DNA of 64,000 nt. It comes from Tubiluchus corallicola. Its lineage: Eukaryota; Animalia; Priapulida. Below, in pieces: positions 44,501 to 57,482 of the stretch; within the stretch, counting starts at the first letter, position 1, and each line of letters begins with the position of its first letter. The notes below the pieces were generated by a model, which did not search any database, had not been told where the DNA came from, and worked only from the letters and a program-made list of their open reading frames with translations. The stretch covers positions 434,001 to 498,000 of the forward strand of contig JAQGDQ010000100.1 in assembly GCA_030141605.1 (NCBI GenBank), written 5' to 3'. The translations under genes and the position numbers were made by a program.

Positions 44501-47261
44501 TAAAACGAAACGTCACTAAGCGAGGAGTTGGTAAGCGCGGACTTGCTGTACATAGTAGTTTCACAATAAACAGCTCTGGAAATACTGTTTCTTAAAGCAA
44601 AAAGTACTAAATTCGCAATAGACACAAAGAAGAATTTGCAGACATTAGATATTGATTAATTCTACCTTCTGTACACATCTCCTTCTTTTTCACAGTGGAC
44701 CGTTTCACGATATCCTGTTTCTGAACATCCTTCTGCATGGATCTTCTGTAAGAAGTGTAAACATACTGCCATTTAGTTCAAAAATGTAATCTAAAGTTCC
44801 CTCAGATACTAGGATAAGTTACTTTTCATTTTCTTTAAAAATACACTTTTGTCAATGACCACAGTTTATGTTGTTTGAACATGACTATTAGTGTTGTTTT
44901 AACAGAATTTTCTCACATTTGTTCTCAGTTGTAATAGAGGAAAAATCACAAAAAAGCTCTGAAGATTTTATGACCAACTGTCATTAAAGTATGCTTATAT
45001 GTAATCTTGTGACAAACTAATAAAACAGAAGTTACAACTTTCATACAGATCATGGAATATATATATTTAATAGCATTCTTTTGTAAATTCAGCCATACAC
45101 ATGTAACAGGAGCTTACTGCAGTAACTGTATACAAATCAATAGAACTACATTAACATGTGTGTAAAAAACACACACAACACACCTTTTCAAAATTAGTGC
45201 ACTTTTTGCAAGGCTCTACAATTGTAAAATTTTCAGTTTCCCAACAATCTAAAGATCCATTTTCTGAAAAACCAATTTTCAGTTTAAACTTGAACTATAT
45301 TTCTAGTAATGTGTCATGCCAGCAAAGCTAGAAAACAATAAAATTAATAAATTTAAACACTTGGAGCAACATAAAACATCATCTCATTACTTTATAAGGA
45401 AAAGTCGTAATTAATAAATTTACCATAAAAGTCGCATATAATATGAAAACCTTTACAATGAAAAGAATTGATGTAGCAGAAGGCCTTCCATAGTTTGAGC
45501 AAATGTTATAATTTCTTTTAGTTGCAGTTTAAGTGCAACTTATGTTACACTAATCTATTTTCTAAGTGTGCCTACCTGGCTTTTTGTGATTTGTACCTTT
45601 CACGGCAAATACATCTTCCAATATTAATATTAGGATTGATGCTCTGAAAATTGGATCAGTAAGTTTACTGCAATGATTAATATACATTCTATAACTATAT
45701 ACACAGCATAACTGTACAATGGGTAAAATAGGTAGTTTTTATGATAAGACCCATGCAATGATGGATGATGACTGTATTAGATGAATGTCAGTATAATATT
45801 TTTCAAGAAACAGTGCTTAGGCCTAAAATATAAGTTGCCCAACAATGATTGCCTTATATTGATTCCACTTGTTAGAGCCCTTTCAAATAGACTATCAGTA
45901 GCTATGCAGAGTTTGTCTTGATCTAGCGTTAATTTATAGACAAAATTTTACCAAGATTAGTGCTGTTCTTCAGTAAATTATTTTAATGTACTAAAAGATA
46001 TTTACTCCACCAGTTACAAATGCAAAAAAATGACAAGCAAAATCTTTGTAATTCATCCGATTTTGTCGGCCAACAAAGTTGGCAAATACCATCCGACGAC
46101 TTGAATTAACTCAGATATTCAAGCATTGAACATTTCAAACATTGATGTCTGGCATATTTGTCCTTGTTTGAATGTTGCATTTGTTACATTTGCTTTGCGA
46201 AGACATCCAAATTTATTACAATCATCCTTCAGCAAAGGCAGTTTTGTTTTGTTCACATAATTTATAATGGTTTCATACTCTACATTGTATGTAAGCTTGT
46301 GGTTTTAATTATTTATTATTTGCAACATAAGCAACATGAAGAAATTGTTGTGTTCATTATTAAATGCCGTAACTATGCTCTCCATCTCTCTCTCTCTCTC
46401 TCCCCACATCTCTCTCTCTCTTTCTATCGGTCTCTCCCGCTCTCTCTTTCTCTGTCTATCTATCTATCTAACTACCGAGCTCTGCAAATAGAGAGTCTCT
46501 GTCTTCTGTATTGTAAGTATAATTTGTAAATATTGTATGTATAATTTTTACATTTTAACTTAATAATAACAATAATGGTAATAACAATAATTTCTTCTTC
46601 TCTCTACTTCTGTGCCTCCCTCCCTCCTCACTCTTTCCTCTCTCCATCTCTATCTCACCCTCAATCTCCCCTTCCATCTTTCGATCTTTCTCTTCCCCTC
46701 TCTCCTAATGGGGGTATGTTCTCATATGCTAAGCTAGACATAAATAGTTTAATGTATGCATAATAACGAATAGCTGTAATGTTCCTTATTTGCATAATAG
46801 CCTATATCACGTGAATGCAAGAAGGTTTACTACTGCCGAGTACTGGCTGTCTTCCCAGAAGCCAGAAGACAGTTGGATGAAAAGTTGAGCAATTCCTGAC
46901 TTTCAACTGACAACTTGGATGTTCAATTTTCCTCTTCACATGACATCCGATAAAGTCTGTCCAACACCATCCGATTTTGTCTGATCGTGTAAACGATTCA
47001 TCTGACTTCATCTGACAATCCGATTTTGTTGGACCATCTAAACGGGTATAATATTTGTGCGCTAGTGTTTCAGCACATTGTATTTTTATAATGCTTTATA
47101 CAGTGTGCAAATAAATGCACTTCACTTTACAATCAATTAATAAAAAAAGTTGATAGGATTGATTTCATTATTTTCAGGGATGCTGAAGAAAGATACTTAA
47201 CTTACCCTATCAAAACTGCCAGAGCAATTATCATGCTCTTCACTGAACATGTTTCAATCAT
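41501..47261 (-). CDS. JTB: Jumping translocation breakpoint protein homolog, 149 aa, 5 exons
   Basis: complement(join(41501..41666,44666..44745,45184..45263,45576..45643,47206..47261)); 450 nt, phases consistent. MIETCSVKSMIIALAVLIG N-terminal hydrophobic segment; six-Cys luminal domain (CWETENFTIVEPCKKC...GCSETGYRETVHC...RSC); FWIFE followed by a TM helix; LERIQKQI tail. Confidence 0.92.
42125..44548 (-). mobile_element. Full-length but degenerate Tigger/pogo DNA transposon (~2.4 kb) in JTB intron 4
   Basis: 22-bp imperfect TIRs (CAGTAAGTTCTCGCTTAACGAC vs CAGCAAGTCCGCGCTTACCAAC, 17/22) with TA flanks. Fragmented transposase from ATG 44147: KRKAIMLETKLDIL, FTASQGWFQQFK, PPNTTALIQPMDQGAIAAFKAYYLR. 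Confidence 0.92.
42600..44147 (-). pseudogene. Tigger-type transposase pseudogene (CENP-B HTH + DDE_1)
   Basis: Split across several short ORFs by frameshifts and stops, including a 33-bp tandem duplication (43380-43412 / 43417-43449). Confidence 0.85.
46050..47049. mobile_element. Fragmented MITE-like element with CT-rich simple repeats, JTB intron 1
   Basis: Recurrent CATCCGATTTTGT motifs at about 46054, 46968 and 47020; (CT)n tracts at 46385-46470 and 46590-46705. Confidence 0.35.
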
Positions 47262-47406
47262 TATTTGTCACTTCAAAACGGATTCACCTTCAATCTTGAA
47301 AGGTTGTAAAAATAAACTTTATAAATTTTCAGCTGCCAACACTTTATCAGATAGTGGTTATCTATCTATTAGAATTTAATTATCTTTTACACGAATATAC
47401 ATCATG

Positions 47407-48500
47407 GTTGGGAGCGGAGTAGAACACTAGCCAAAGTAGGACAATTGGCATACATGTGCTAGTCCAAGTAGGACGCATTGTACATGGGCTAGCTCAAGTA
47501 AGACGCGTACACGGGCTGCCCAAGTAGGACACTAGAGACAGGTCACGAATTGAGTCCTTGACCGTACTGGCAGTGTCAGTTCTCCTTGTTTATTTAACAA
47601 TAATAATAGTATCTCTCGGTTAATCATTCGATACTTAGTTTAATGTTATGATGATTTTAATGGAGTTAATAATACTGATGAACTATTGTAAAAAATACAT
47701 TAATTTTGTAAATTGTCAAGGACTAGCCATCATCATTATAAAGTTACTTTTTTTCTAAAACAAATTTTATTTATGTTTTATTATATCATCATAATTCTTA
47801 CAAGAATCGCCAGTTCCCTACTTAGGCTGCCCATGTACATCTGTCAGTGCAATGTATAGCGTTAAAGTAAATGAGCTCCATAGGATTAAAACATCTCGGT
47901 TACGCCTCTCCTCACATAACCTAGCTATTGAGACGGGAAGATGGGCAAGGATAAAAAGAGAGGACAGGCTATGCTCCTGTTCTGGCTTAAACATTCAAAC
48001 AGAAGAGCATGTTATCTGTTTTTGTCCACTTACTAATCACCTTCGTGAAGATAACACTGAACTGAGCTTCAACGTTTTGCATGAATTTTTCAATGGAAAC
48101 CCAAACTCATATTGTGAATTTGTAAATAACTGTTTAGCGATTTTTGGACAGTAATGATCATGTTAGGCGATAATAAGTGGGTAGTGAGAATGTATAAATA
48201 ATTCTTCAGTTATTTTTTTTGACAGTAATGATCATGTTAGGCGATAATAAGTGTGTAGTGAGAATGTGTAAATAATTCTTCAGTTATTTTTTTTTGACAG
48301 GAATGATCATGTTATATGATCAAAAGTCCTTTTTTTGTAATGATCTATGGACTGAACCAAATGTTCGACTATCTCTTAATCAGTCAATAAACATATATAT
48401 ATATATATATATATATACAACACGGCTTTTTCGCAAATTTAGCACATGCGTTTTACCGGAAGTGTCCTACTACGGCTAATGGTTTACTCGGCGCCCTACG
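47407..48500. mobile_element. Old inverted-repeat element (MITE) hosting a nested LINE fragment
   Basis: Left GGGAGCGGAGTAGAACACTAGCCAAAGTAGGACA resembles the reverse complement of 48461-48497 (GGGCGCCGAGTAAACCATTAGCCGTAGTAGGACA); four AAGTAGGAC-type subrepeats at 47430-47532. Confidence 0.5.
47833..48417 (+). mobile_element. 5'-truncated non-LTR retrotransposon (LINE ORF2 C-terminus, RTEX-like)
   Basis: ORF 47852-48154 RLRLSSHNLAIETGRW...EDRLCSC...QTEEHVICFCP is a typical LINE C-terminal Cys/His motif. It is followed by ~74-bp tandem units (48147, 48221, partial 48296), AATAAA and a (TA)n tail. Confidence 0.8.
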
Positions 48501-49144
48501 GCTATATCTGTAACATGCTGCTGCATGGGATGTTCGCTCTTGCTCCACTTTCATGTACGGCTTCGCCGTTTAATGAGTTAGCGTGTACTGCCTTGACATG
48601 TACTATGGTGTTGCATTCTGCCTTGGCATATACCATGCCACCTCGCTGTGTACCGTAACTCCAAGTGTCACCTAACTGTACTTCATAGTTTCTACTTTTC
48701 TTAATCAACTTCAGCTGTAGCAGCTAAATTAATATATTTTAAGCATACATTTTATATTTGATTTTTGTACATTTTAACTTGTTTTTAATGATTAATTTAT
48801 ATTTTTCTTGCTAAATTTGCTTGTGAAGTCTAAGAGAGCTAAACGTAACATGGTTTTTGGCGGTTCCTCATACATTTCGAAAATTGAGCCTTTCCCGTAT
48901 TTACTTTTCTAGTATGAGCCAGCAAGCAGCTTACTCAAATCAAATAAAAATCTGGGGATTAAGTTCCCTGCTGAACGTGCATGGGCTGACCAGTGTGTCA
49001 TATGACACAAAATTGTGAACTATGTGTATTTGTATGCAACTGACAAAAAGTCACTTCTGAAATTCTTTCTTCATACCCTGATATCTATAATTGTAGATAT
49101 GTATTGGAATTATGACTTCTAATTTTGCAGAAGCTGTGTGAACA

Positions 49145-49247
49145 ATGGTTTGGCAGTTGCCTAAGCACCAAATACCAACACTAATGAAAAGCTTTGAGAA
49201 ATGGTTTCCTTATTCATATAAGGTAAACAATTTATACTTGATCATTG

Positions 49248-49294
<47 letters not shown>

Positions 49295-52200
49295 ACTTAT
49301 GAATATATGCTATAATATATGTATATTTTGCAATATAATCATGTTTGCATATTCTATATATTATGTAGTTTTTATAGATATTACATAGAATTTATAGTCT
49401 TGACAAAAATTGAATATTGTCGAAGATTTTCATATTCACGCTATTGTCAAATGGTTTGTACATTTGTTACAAAAAAAAACTGTGAAATGTGAGAAAAAAC
49501 AAAAATGTGATTATGTATAGATACATACTTGTCAGCTCGAGTCAATTGCCACTTGATTTGAAAAACTTTTGCAGCAACTCGACAAAACGAAACTTATTGC
49601 AAACCACTCTATCTCTTTTCCAGTCTGCTGTATTGGCAAGCTAGCAACATCTTTGTTACAGCAAAATCTTTGACTTAGGCCAATCTAGGCACCTCATGCC
49701 TTGGGTGAAATTGAGCAAAAATTTGAAGTGGTTTCATAAATTTTATTCTGTCTCTGTATTCATTCAGAGTGAATCAGCTAGCCTGTTTTTCAGAAATTGT
49801 TAGAACTATTCAAGAGTTATTAGGCATGTAGAGAAGTTCGGTACCAGGAAAGTTTGGAAATCACAAAATTTGGTACAAGGAGTTTAAGTACATGGAAAAT
49901 TTGGTACTACGATCTTTGTGCTAAGCACTAGGGATTTTTGGTACTACGAAAATGTGTTTTGGAGAATGTTTGGTTGTAGGAGAATACGGTACCAGGAATG
50001 TTTAGTACTAAGAAGAAAGTGTGATACAAAGGAAGTTTTGGTACTAAGAAAATATGCACAGGGAGAATTTTTTACTAGGAAAGTTTGGAGCTAGAAAATT
50101 GATGCTAAGCGGAAAAGAGATGAGAACATTCACACCAGTAGTAGCAGGAACAGCAATAACAATAACAACAGCAGCAGCAGCAGCAAAAACAATGACAACA
50201 ACAACAGTAACAACAAGAACAACAAACAACAGCAACAGCAGCAATAACAGTAGCAGTAGCAAAATGGCAAAAGTGACAGCAGTGGTGAAGATGGTGATGA
50301 TGATGATGTCGACAATGATGATGATAATGATCACAACAAAAGAGCGAGTAAGAAACAGTCAAACAACAGCAACAATAACAGCTACAGCAGCAGCAGCTGA
50401 CATTGTGTAACAAGCAACAGGCAAACAAAAATAACAAATAAAAACAAATGTAACAATATGAACCTTATAGCTTTTTTGAGTAGGTATCTAGAAGATATTT
50501 TTGTAGTACCAAACTTTTCTTTTATCAGACTTTCTCTGTATCAAATTTTCCTAGTACCGAACTTACTGTTATTAGTTGTGCTTCTACTCGCGTGTTTAAA
50601 TATTAGCTCATTTAGTTGCCAGTTGCGTTTCAGCAAAAAAAGCTATTTGAGTTAGCACTTAGTCTCCAAACTCTTCTTTTAAATAATATTTCGTATGGAA
50701 GGCTCAGCTTTGTTTAATTACAATTTGTTTAACATTACACTTTGTTCGAATACATATCCTTCATTAAGGGAAGACTCCCTGTAAATAATAATTGTTTAGA
50801 TAAGGCCTTTGATAGAATGGTTATATTGTGCTGTAAAATACTTTGAAGATGAATATTATCTAAATATATCAGTTTCCAGAAAAGTTCCTTGTTGACTGTC
50901 TCTAATTTTGATAGCCATTACTAGATTGTTAGATCACAAACCAAACAACTTAAAACTGTTTTAGCCATAGATTGAGCGCCATTAACTAAGAAAGTAAACC
51001 AGAGATATAAATCATGTGCTACTTGTTAGTTTGAAACGCAATTTATAATTCAAAGTTATAAGTTCTGAGAAACATACATAATTTCATTTTGTTTTTAAGG
51101 TGGACATATTTTGGTCACCCAGGCTTAACCTGTGTTTTCAGTTGACCATTCCATATAGCTGGTTTCAGTTTCCTTTTTGGTTAGGCAAGCCTGGTGATTT
51201 TGGGATGCTGAAATGATCTCTTATTAATTTTAACAGGTTTTTTGCTTGGCTCGAAATGTTCACCAGAAGCGATGGCGAGGTGTGGACTTTGTAGTGGACA
51301 AGTGGCCTGATTGGCATGCTGTTGTGTATAAACCTAGTAAGAATGCACATGTATGTATGTAGTGGCGAAGTATATCAACAAAAGCAGCTGTACTATTTTT
51401 ACTTTCTCCTTTACTTTTATACAAAATTGTGTGCAAAGAAGAGTAAACGTGTGTATTTAACTAGCACTTAAAAACTGTTCGTAAATACAGTTAACTTACT
51501 AGCTAATATCGTAACAATATTAACAACTTCTTTGTTATCTAATTTTTAGGAATTTTGCTTGCATACTAGTAATAACTATGGAATGTTTAGTAATGACAAA
51601 GAAGCTTTGACAAGTCTGCTTAAAGAGCCTGGTGTTATCGACTGGAGTAAGAAACCTGTATTTTCTGGTGAATTTATATTTTATTTTTTCTAAATTATTT
51701 CAGAATATAGGCTATAGTATAGCCTATAGTTTTCCTCAAACTTGACCCAAATTTAATATTGCTTGAATTACTGTCACTTGAGTTAGTTTTTACTACAGCT
51801 TGTAAGAGACACTAGATGGGCAGTTCACGTTCTGTTTTGTTGCTGATTCTGCTGCATGAACACATCACTTTGTGGAAAATAATGAGCCGGTCTGTGCCTG
51901 ATCTATTGCTCGCAATGGATGATTGTTACCACGGTTTTCATGAAAAATGTGTCAAATCTTGATTTTTGCCAGATATTTTTAATTACTTTCCTTACTGCTA
52001 TTATTACTCTTCTCTTGTTTTGTAACAGAGAAACTATTAACTAAACAAGTCGTCTAAACAGGTAATAAGTATAGTTGTAAAGATTTCATACCTGTTGTTT
52101 TTTAAAACAGCGAATCTAGGACAAAGACTAGATTGATTGGGCTGTTGTTCAAGTTTGCTGCTTGTTGTCAACAAAAGTGGATTATATTATAAATGGGTGT

Positions 52201-54342
52201 GTTGTCAACAATAGCATATTCAAAATTGGTTTGTGCCATGAACTGGTCATTTATAGCTTACTTTTATTTTTTGCTGTCTGGTGTTCAAATTTTAAGGCTC
52301 ATGGTACATAGGTAATTTGCCAGGTAGCTCGTGCTATCACCCAGTTGAAGCTGTTTTGCGCATTAGTATTAAAATTTAATTTGGAAGTCAGAGTGTGTTC
52401 GCACTGCCATTGATAACATGCGATGTGGTAACATTCGGATTTGTAACACTAGATTTTTGTGTTTTTCAGAAATGTATGAATCATAAAGCAGCTGGTATTT
52501 GCAATAATACACGTACCAGTTTTCAAACAAGCCCAGTGATTCAGTTACACTTATAGAGTTTTTACTTGGTTTAATCAAAAATGCTTAGAAAAATCGTATA
52601 AGTGATTTAGGAATTCTGTTATGCCAATAAGTGTCTGTTTGGGAGGTTTCTAAATGATTTGATTTGTTTCATATAGCTGTACGTAGTGTGGTTGAGCAAG
52701 AGGCACTGACTGATGCAGCAGTAGGGAAGGGAAAATTAACCATAATTTTTCCTGCAGAAATGTACATTGGAAATCCACACATGTTCATTGATTTTCACAA
52801 CACTTGGTAAGTAATAGCATGTAATGAATTTGCATTTGAAGTTGTTTTGTTTCTTGAAGTTAAACTTCAGCGCTGTGAACCTATCTGGCTACTGATCATT
52901 TGCCTTGAAGTAAACAAAAATCTTCGATGATTTCAATACTGCTGGGGGGGGGGGGCTCTTGGTGAATAAAGAGTCGGTGTAATTCATTCTTGGGTGTAGC
53001 TGAGTGAGGAGTGATTCAGTTGCTCATCAAGTCATATCTCCCCAAGCATTCTTGTTAGGGGCTCGAAACTATGCTGGCTGGCTTATTAGCATTAGCATGA
53101 TCTGCCCGTAAGGGGTAAGACTATGCGTGGTTTTATTTCTTTAAATCTTGTCTTTCCAAAGCCTCTGAATTAGTGTTTTGAAGCTGTAGCAGCAGTTACT
53201 TGGAGGTAAGAAATGCCCCAAGGCACTATTCAGCCTTTGAGGGTAGGTTTGGGCATTGTTCAAGCAAGATGTGGGTTCCATTCGTTGCCAGGCATGCACC
53301 TAACCATCTGCCCTTCTCTCCAAATTCATTTCTTGCTAGTTTAGATTGCTTTTATAGGATGGCAACAAATCTGAAACAAACATCTGCATTTAGTTTTGGA
53401 AATTGCAGTTAATTGGAAATGATGTACCAGCAAACAAAGTATCAATGCAAAATGTAGTACTGACCATTTACTTTGTGAGCATTCATATATATTATGAATT
53501 TATATCAAGTATGAGTTTACATAATTACGTGTGAAATGTTGTATCTCATTATTTGACTAGATTTTAGTGCTTGTCAAAAGCTTATCTAGATACCAGTATT
53601 TTCACTTTACAGCAATGTCAGCTTCAAACATTTTCTGTGGTTCAATTACATCTGTTGAGTTTTCACATGGTTTAAACTGCTTGGGATTGCTTGGTACTTT
53701 GTGTGAATGATTTTGTGAACTGTAATGTCATGGTTGTCAGTGACATCACCCTTGCTCTTATCTGTATAAACTTCTGATTCAACTTAGAGTAGTGTAAAAT
53801 CGTGTCACGTAAAGTCATCATAATATATTATGAATGGGTTATAATTATGGCTAGTTCAATTTCATGCATGTTGCTGTTATTATTTTTGTTTTCTCATTAT
53901 ATTTATCCTCAGTCCTTCCTTACCTGTGGGCGTCTATGCTGTGGAAGTGAAAGGGGAGCATTTGGAGGAAATCAACCGTCTTTGGAAATTTGGAGGGACA
54001 TCTTATACATTGGATTACATCAGGTGTGTCGTTGAAAATTTACCATATGTATGTCTGGTTGATGAGAAACAGAAATTTGTACATTTTGGTGCAATTAATG
54101 AATATGGTGCTTACAATATTGCATACACTGTCCCACATATGCGAAACAAGGGACTTTTTTTGTATGACTTACATGTATTGGTCAGGCAGAAATTGAAATT
54201 GTGGCCTGATGATGCATTTGACTTTACTTATGTGGCACCTGGTAATATTGTTATGAAGCAGTTGGCTGCCAAACTGGGTTATATTTGTGTGAAGGACAGC
54301 CTTTCTTGTCAAATGAGGCTGTCAAGCTTATCAAGCTTATAA
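49145..54342 (+). CDS. Glycine N-acyltransferase-like protein (GLYAT/GLYATL GNAT family), 289 aa, 5 coding exons
   Basis: join(49145..49222,51237..51350,51550..51667,52677..52806,53913..54342); 870 nt, phases consistent. Motifs: FEKWFPYSYKVF, DFVVDKWPDW, GVIDWSK, INRLWKFGG, YTVPHMRNKGL, NIVMKQLAAKLGY. Confidence 0.88.
49825..50572. mobile_element. MITE-like element with ~19-bp subterminal repeats around a CAA/CAG/GAT microsatellite
   Basis: AAGTTCGGTACCAGGAAA (49834-49851) is inverted at 50547-50564 (17/18); many degenerate TTTGGTACTA units on the left; trinucleotide tract at about 50140-50450. Confidence 0.7.
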
Positions 54343-54356
54343 AGTAAACGTGCATT

Positions 54357-55206
54357 CAGGGTCAGATTATCCTATACGCTAGCATAGGTTGTAGTCTAGG
54401 ACCTTGGGGGAGCTTTTAGCATTTGGTAAAAATCTGTTTTTTCACCATGGTTGCGTTGAAATGTGTGCTAATTTGGTTTGCAATAAATACTGGTGCTTCT
54501 TAACCCATTCACTATGTAGTTGCTTTTTAACAGGGCTGCATTGGCTTTTCACATTGGACAATAGCTTCTTGTGGCGTGTTACTAAAACAGAAATTTGTAA
54601 TAAACAAATAGCCATTTGTTATTAAACACTAATATTGAATATTAGTTTTATTTATACACATGCACACACTTCCACACACACATATATGCACTCATGCATG
54701 CACGCATGCGCACACCCACACAAATAAGAACATACTTATATTTAGAAACCAATTTTCACAAAAGTCATATTACTAATCTATAATATGTAATTATTTTATA
54801 AGAATGCAAAACAAGTACTAGACACATTTCACCAACTATCAAGCAGTTTTTGCATGAGGACGTACTATACAGTACAGTATTACAGAATGCACCTATCTTA
54901 GGATGCTGATTGGCTGGTTAGTGTTACTTGTTGCAAAGCAACCCCAATCCTATGGTTGTTAAATTTTCTATAAGGTTTTTGCATACCATGCAGTGAAATA
55001 AACAGACCGGGGTAACTGCGCTTAGATTTGAGCTCTGGCGATAGTTTGTCACCTTCCGACCCTTGCAAGAAAAACATAGTGAAAGGGTTAAAGAATATTT
55101 TTATTGACAAAGAAATGATAGCTATTCGAGTTAGTGGGTAGCTTCGGCTGAGGGGCCCCATAATTTCATTAGCCTAGGGACCCCAAAAGGTTATAATCTG
55201 GCCCTG
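54357..55206. mobile_element. hAT-type MITE (850 bp) inserted just after the acyltransferase stop codon
   Basis: TIRs CAGGG(T/C)CAGATTAT (13/14); perfect 8-bp TSD CGTGCATT at 54349-54356 and 55207-55214. Confidence 0.92.
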
Positions 55207-55827
55207 CGTGCATTCAGTATCTTGGTGTTTTATATATCATTGAATAAACAAAAAAGCATTTTAAAAATTTGCAAGTCACATTGATGAAACACAAAAAAAG
55301 ATGCAGAAGTATGCAGAAGATGGAAGTTGCAGAAGTATGCAAATCAAAAATGACTTGCAAGAAACAGTCCGAACATATATTACAAAAACAAAAATGAGAG
55401 ATTTGCAGAGATCATATGAGATCAGGTGTTAGCTTACACCTTGCACCCTAAATTTTTTCTGGAAAATTCATCCGAGCTATTTAAGAAAAACTGATTACTT
55501 CATCAGTTTGTCTCTTACAATGTCTAATGAACATGGTTTAACTTTGTTCTTGAAATTCAAAAATTAGTATTCACATAAGAATTATAATAGTCAAAATAAT
55601 TGCAAAAGCTTTGTCAATAGAGTAATGTTATGCTACTTACCATTTGTTTTCATACTACACATTAGTGTAAAAATTGTTCATAATGCCAACATTGGTTTTG
55701 CATACAGCTCTATGATTAAAGTGTGTTGAATAATCAGGTAACTGTTTGATTTCCCGCATTAGGTAATATAATTATTGCATATTATAGTATACATGTATTT
55801 ATCGCTACAGGCCATCTATCACCAATT

Positions 55828-57482
55828 TAAGTTCTGCTTATTTTTAATTTTGGTCTGCTTTTGAATACTCATAATTTTTCATTAACATTTGATTTGGTGT
55901 TGTGGCATCTTAAGAAAGTGCAAGTATATAAATATTGCAAAAAATATGCACATGTTATTTAAAATGTAAAAACAAGAATATGTAGTAGTAAGTGCAGTAG
56001 ATGTTAAGTGATATTTTTGGTAATCATATAATGACACTTATGGTTTGAATTTTAAAGAATCCGTTTCTTTAGTAGAATTTTCTTTCAAAATTACAATATT
56101 ATGCAATTTGTACAGATTTGTTGATATTTGAGAGATTACAACAGAAATTCTTTCACACAGAATTTTTATATCTTATGCTTGATGATTAGTATTTTGTATT
56201 ATTTACATTTTAGAGATTATATAACTGTGATTTTAGTTTTATCATTCCATTCTGTTTTACAAAATTCAACATTTAAAAAAAATATTTGTTTTTTTTTCTA
56301 TTGCAATTAAAATCTTACAGGTAGTTAATTGTTACGTTACTTTGTGCATGCTTGCAAATTGATTATATTTATGAGGTTTATTTACACCTATGAGGAAAAA
56401 TTCTCAAAAAACATTAGCACTATTTGGAGAGATATTGAAAAAGCATTACTTCACATTACTGATGTAAAAATATTGATAACATCATTAATTAACAATTGTT
56501 AATATGATAAACATGTCAAGTTAATAATTTTGATACATATTACAGCATACAGCATTCATTAACCACAATGCCATCATGAACATCATTCAGTTTCCCCAGG
56601 AACATTGTCTTAATTTTTTTCATTCATCATTTCTTTACGCAGGAGCTAATAGAAATAAGTTCTGCTTATTTTTAATTTTGGTCTGCTTTTGAATACTCAT
56701 AATTTTTCATGAACATTTGATTTGGTGTTGTGGCATCTTAAGAAAGTGCAAGTATATAAATATTGCAAAAAATATGCACATGTTATTTAAAATGTAAAAA
56801 CAAGAATATGTAGTAGTAAGTGCAGTAGATGTTAAGTCATATTTTTGGTAATCATATAATGACACTTATGGTTTGAATTTTAAAGAATCCGTTTCTTTAG
56901 TAGAATTTTCTTTCAAAATTACAATATTATGCAATTTGTACAGATTTGTTGATATTTGAGAGATTACAACAGAAATTCTTTCACACAGAATTTTTATATC
57001 TTATGCTTGATGATTAGTATTTTGTATTATTTACATTTTAGAGATTATGTAACTGTGATTTTAGTTTTATCATTCCATTCTGTTTTACAAAATTCAACAT
57101 TTAAAAAAAATTATTTGTTTTTTTTTCTATTGCAATTAAAATCTTACAGGTAGTTAATTGTTACGTTACTTTGTGCATGCTTGCAAATTGATTATATTTA
57201 TGAGGTTTATTTACCTATGAGGAAAAATTCTCGAAAAACATTAGCACTATTTGGAGAGATATTGAAAAAGCATTACTTCACATTACTGATGTAAAAATAT
57301 TGATAACATCATTAATTAACAATCGTTAATATGATAAACATGTCAAGTTAATAATTTTGATACATATTACAGCATACAGCATTCATTAACCACAATGCCA
57401 TCATGAACATCAATCAGTTTCCCCAGGAACATTGTCTTAATTTTTTTCATTCATCATTTCTTTACGCAGGAGCTAATAGAAA
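55828..57482. repeat. Near-identical 828-bp tandem duplication
   Basis: 55828-56655 is repeated at 56656-57482; the duplicated spurious ORFs at 56128 and 56956 are offset by 828. Confidence 0.95.

Noticed and set aside
47430-47535. Spaced short repeats (also 49830-50090) resembling a CRISPR array
   Set aside because: Eukaryotic context, degenerate repeats, no unique constant-length spacers, no cas genes; they are transposon subterminal repeats.
50044-50437. Overlapping poly-Thr/Ala/Cys/Leu ORFs
   Set aside because: Products of a CAA/CAG/GAT microsatellite within a MITE in an intron.
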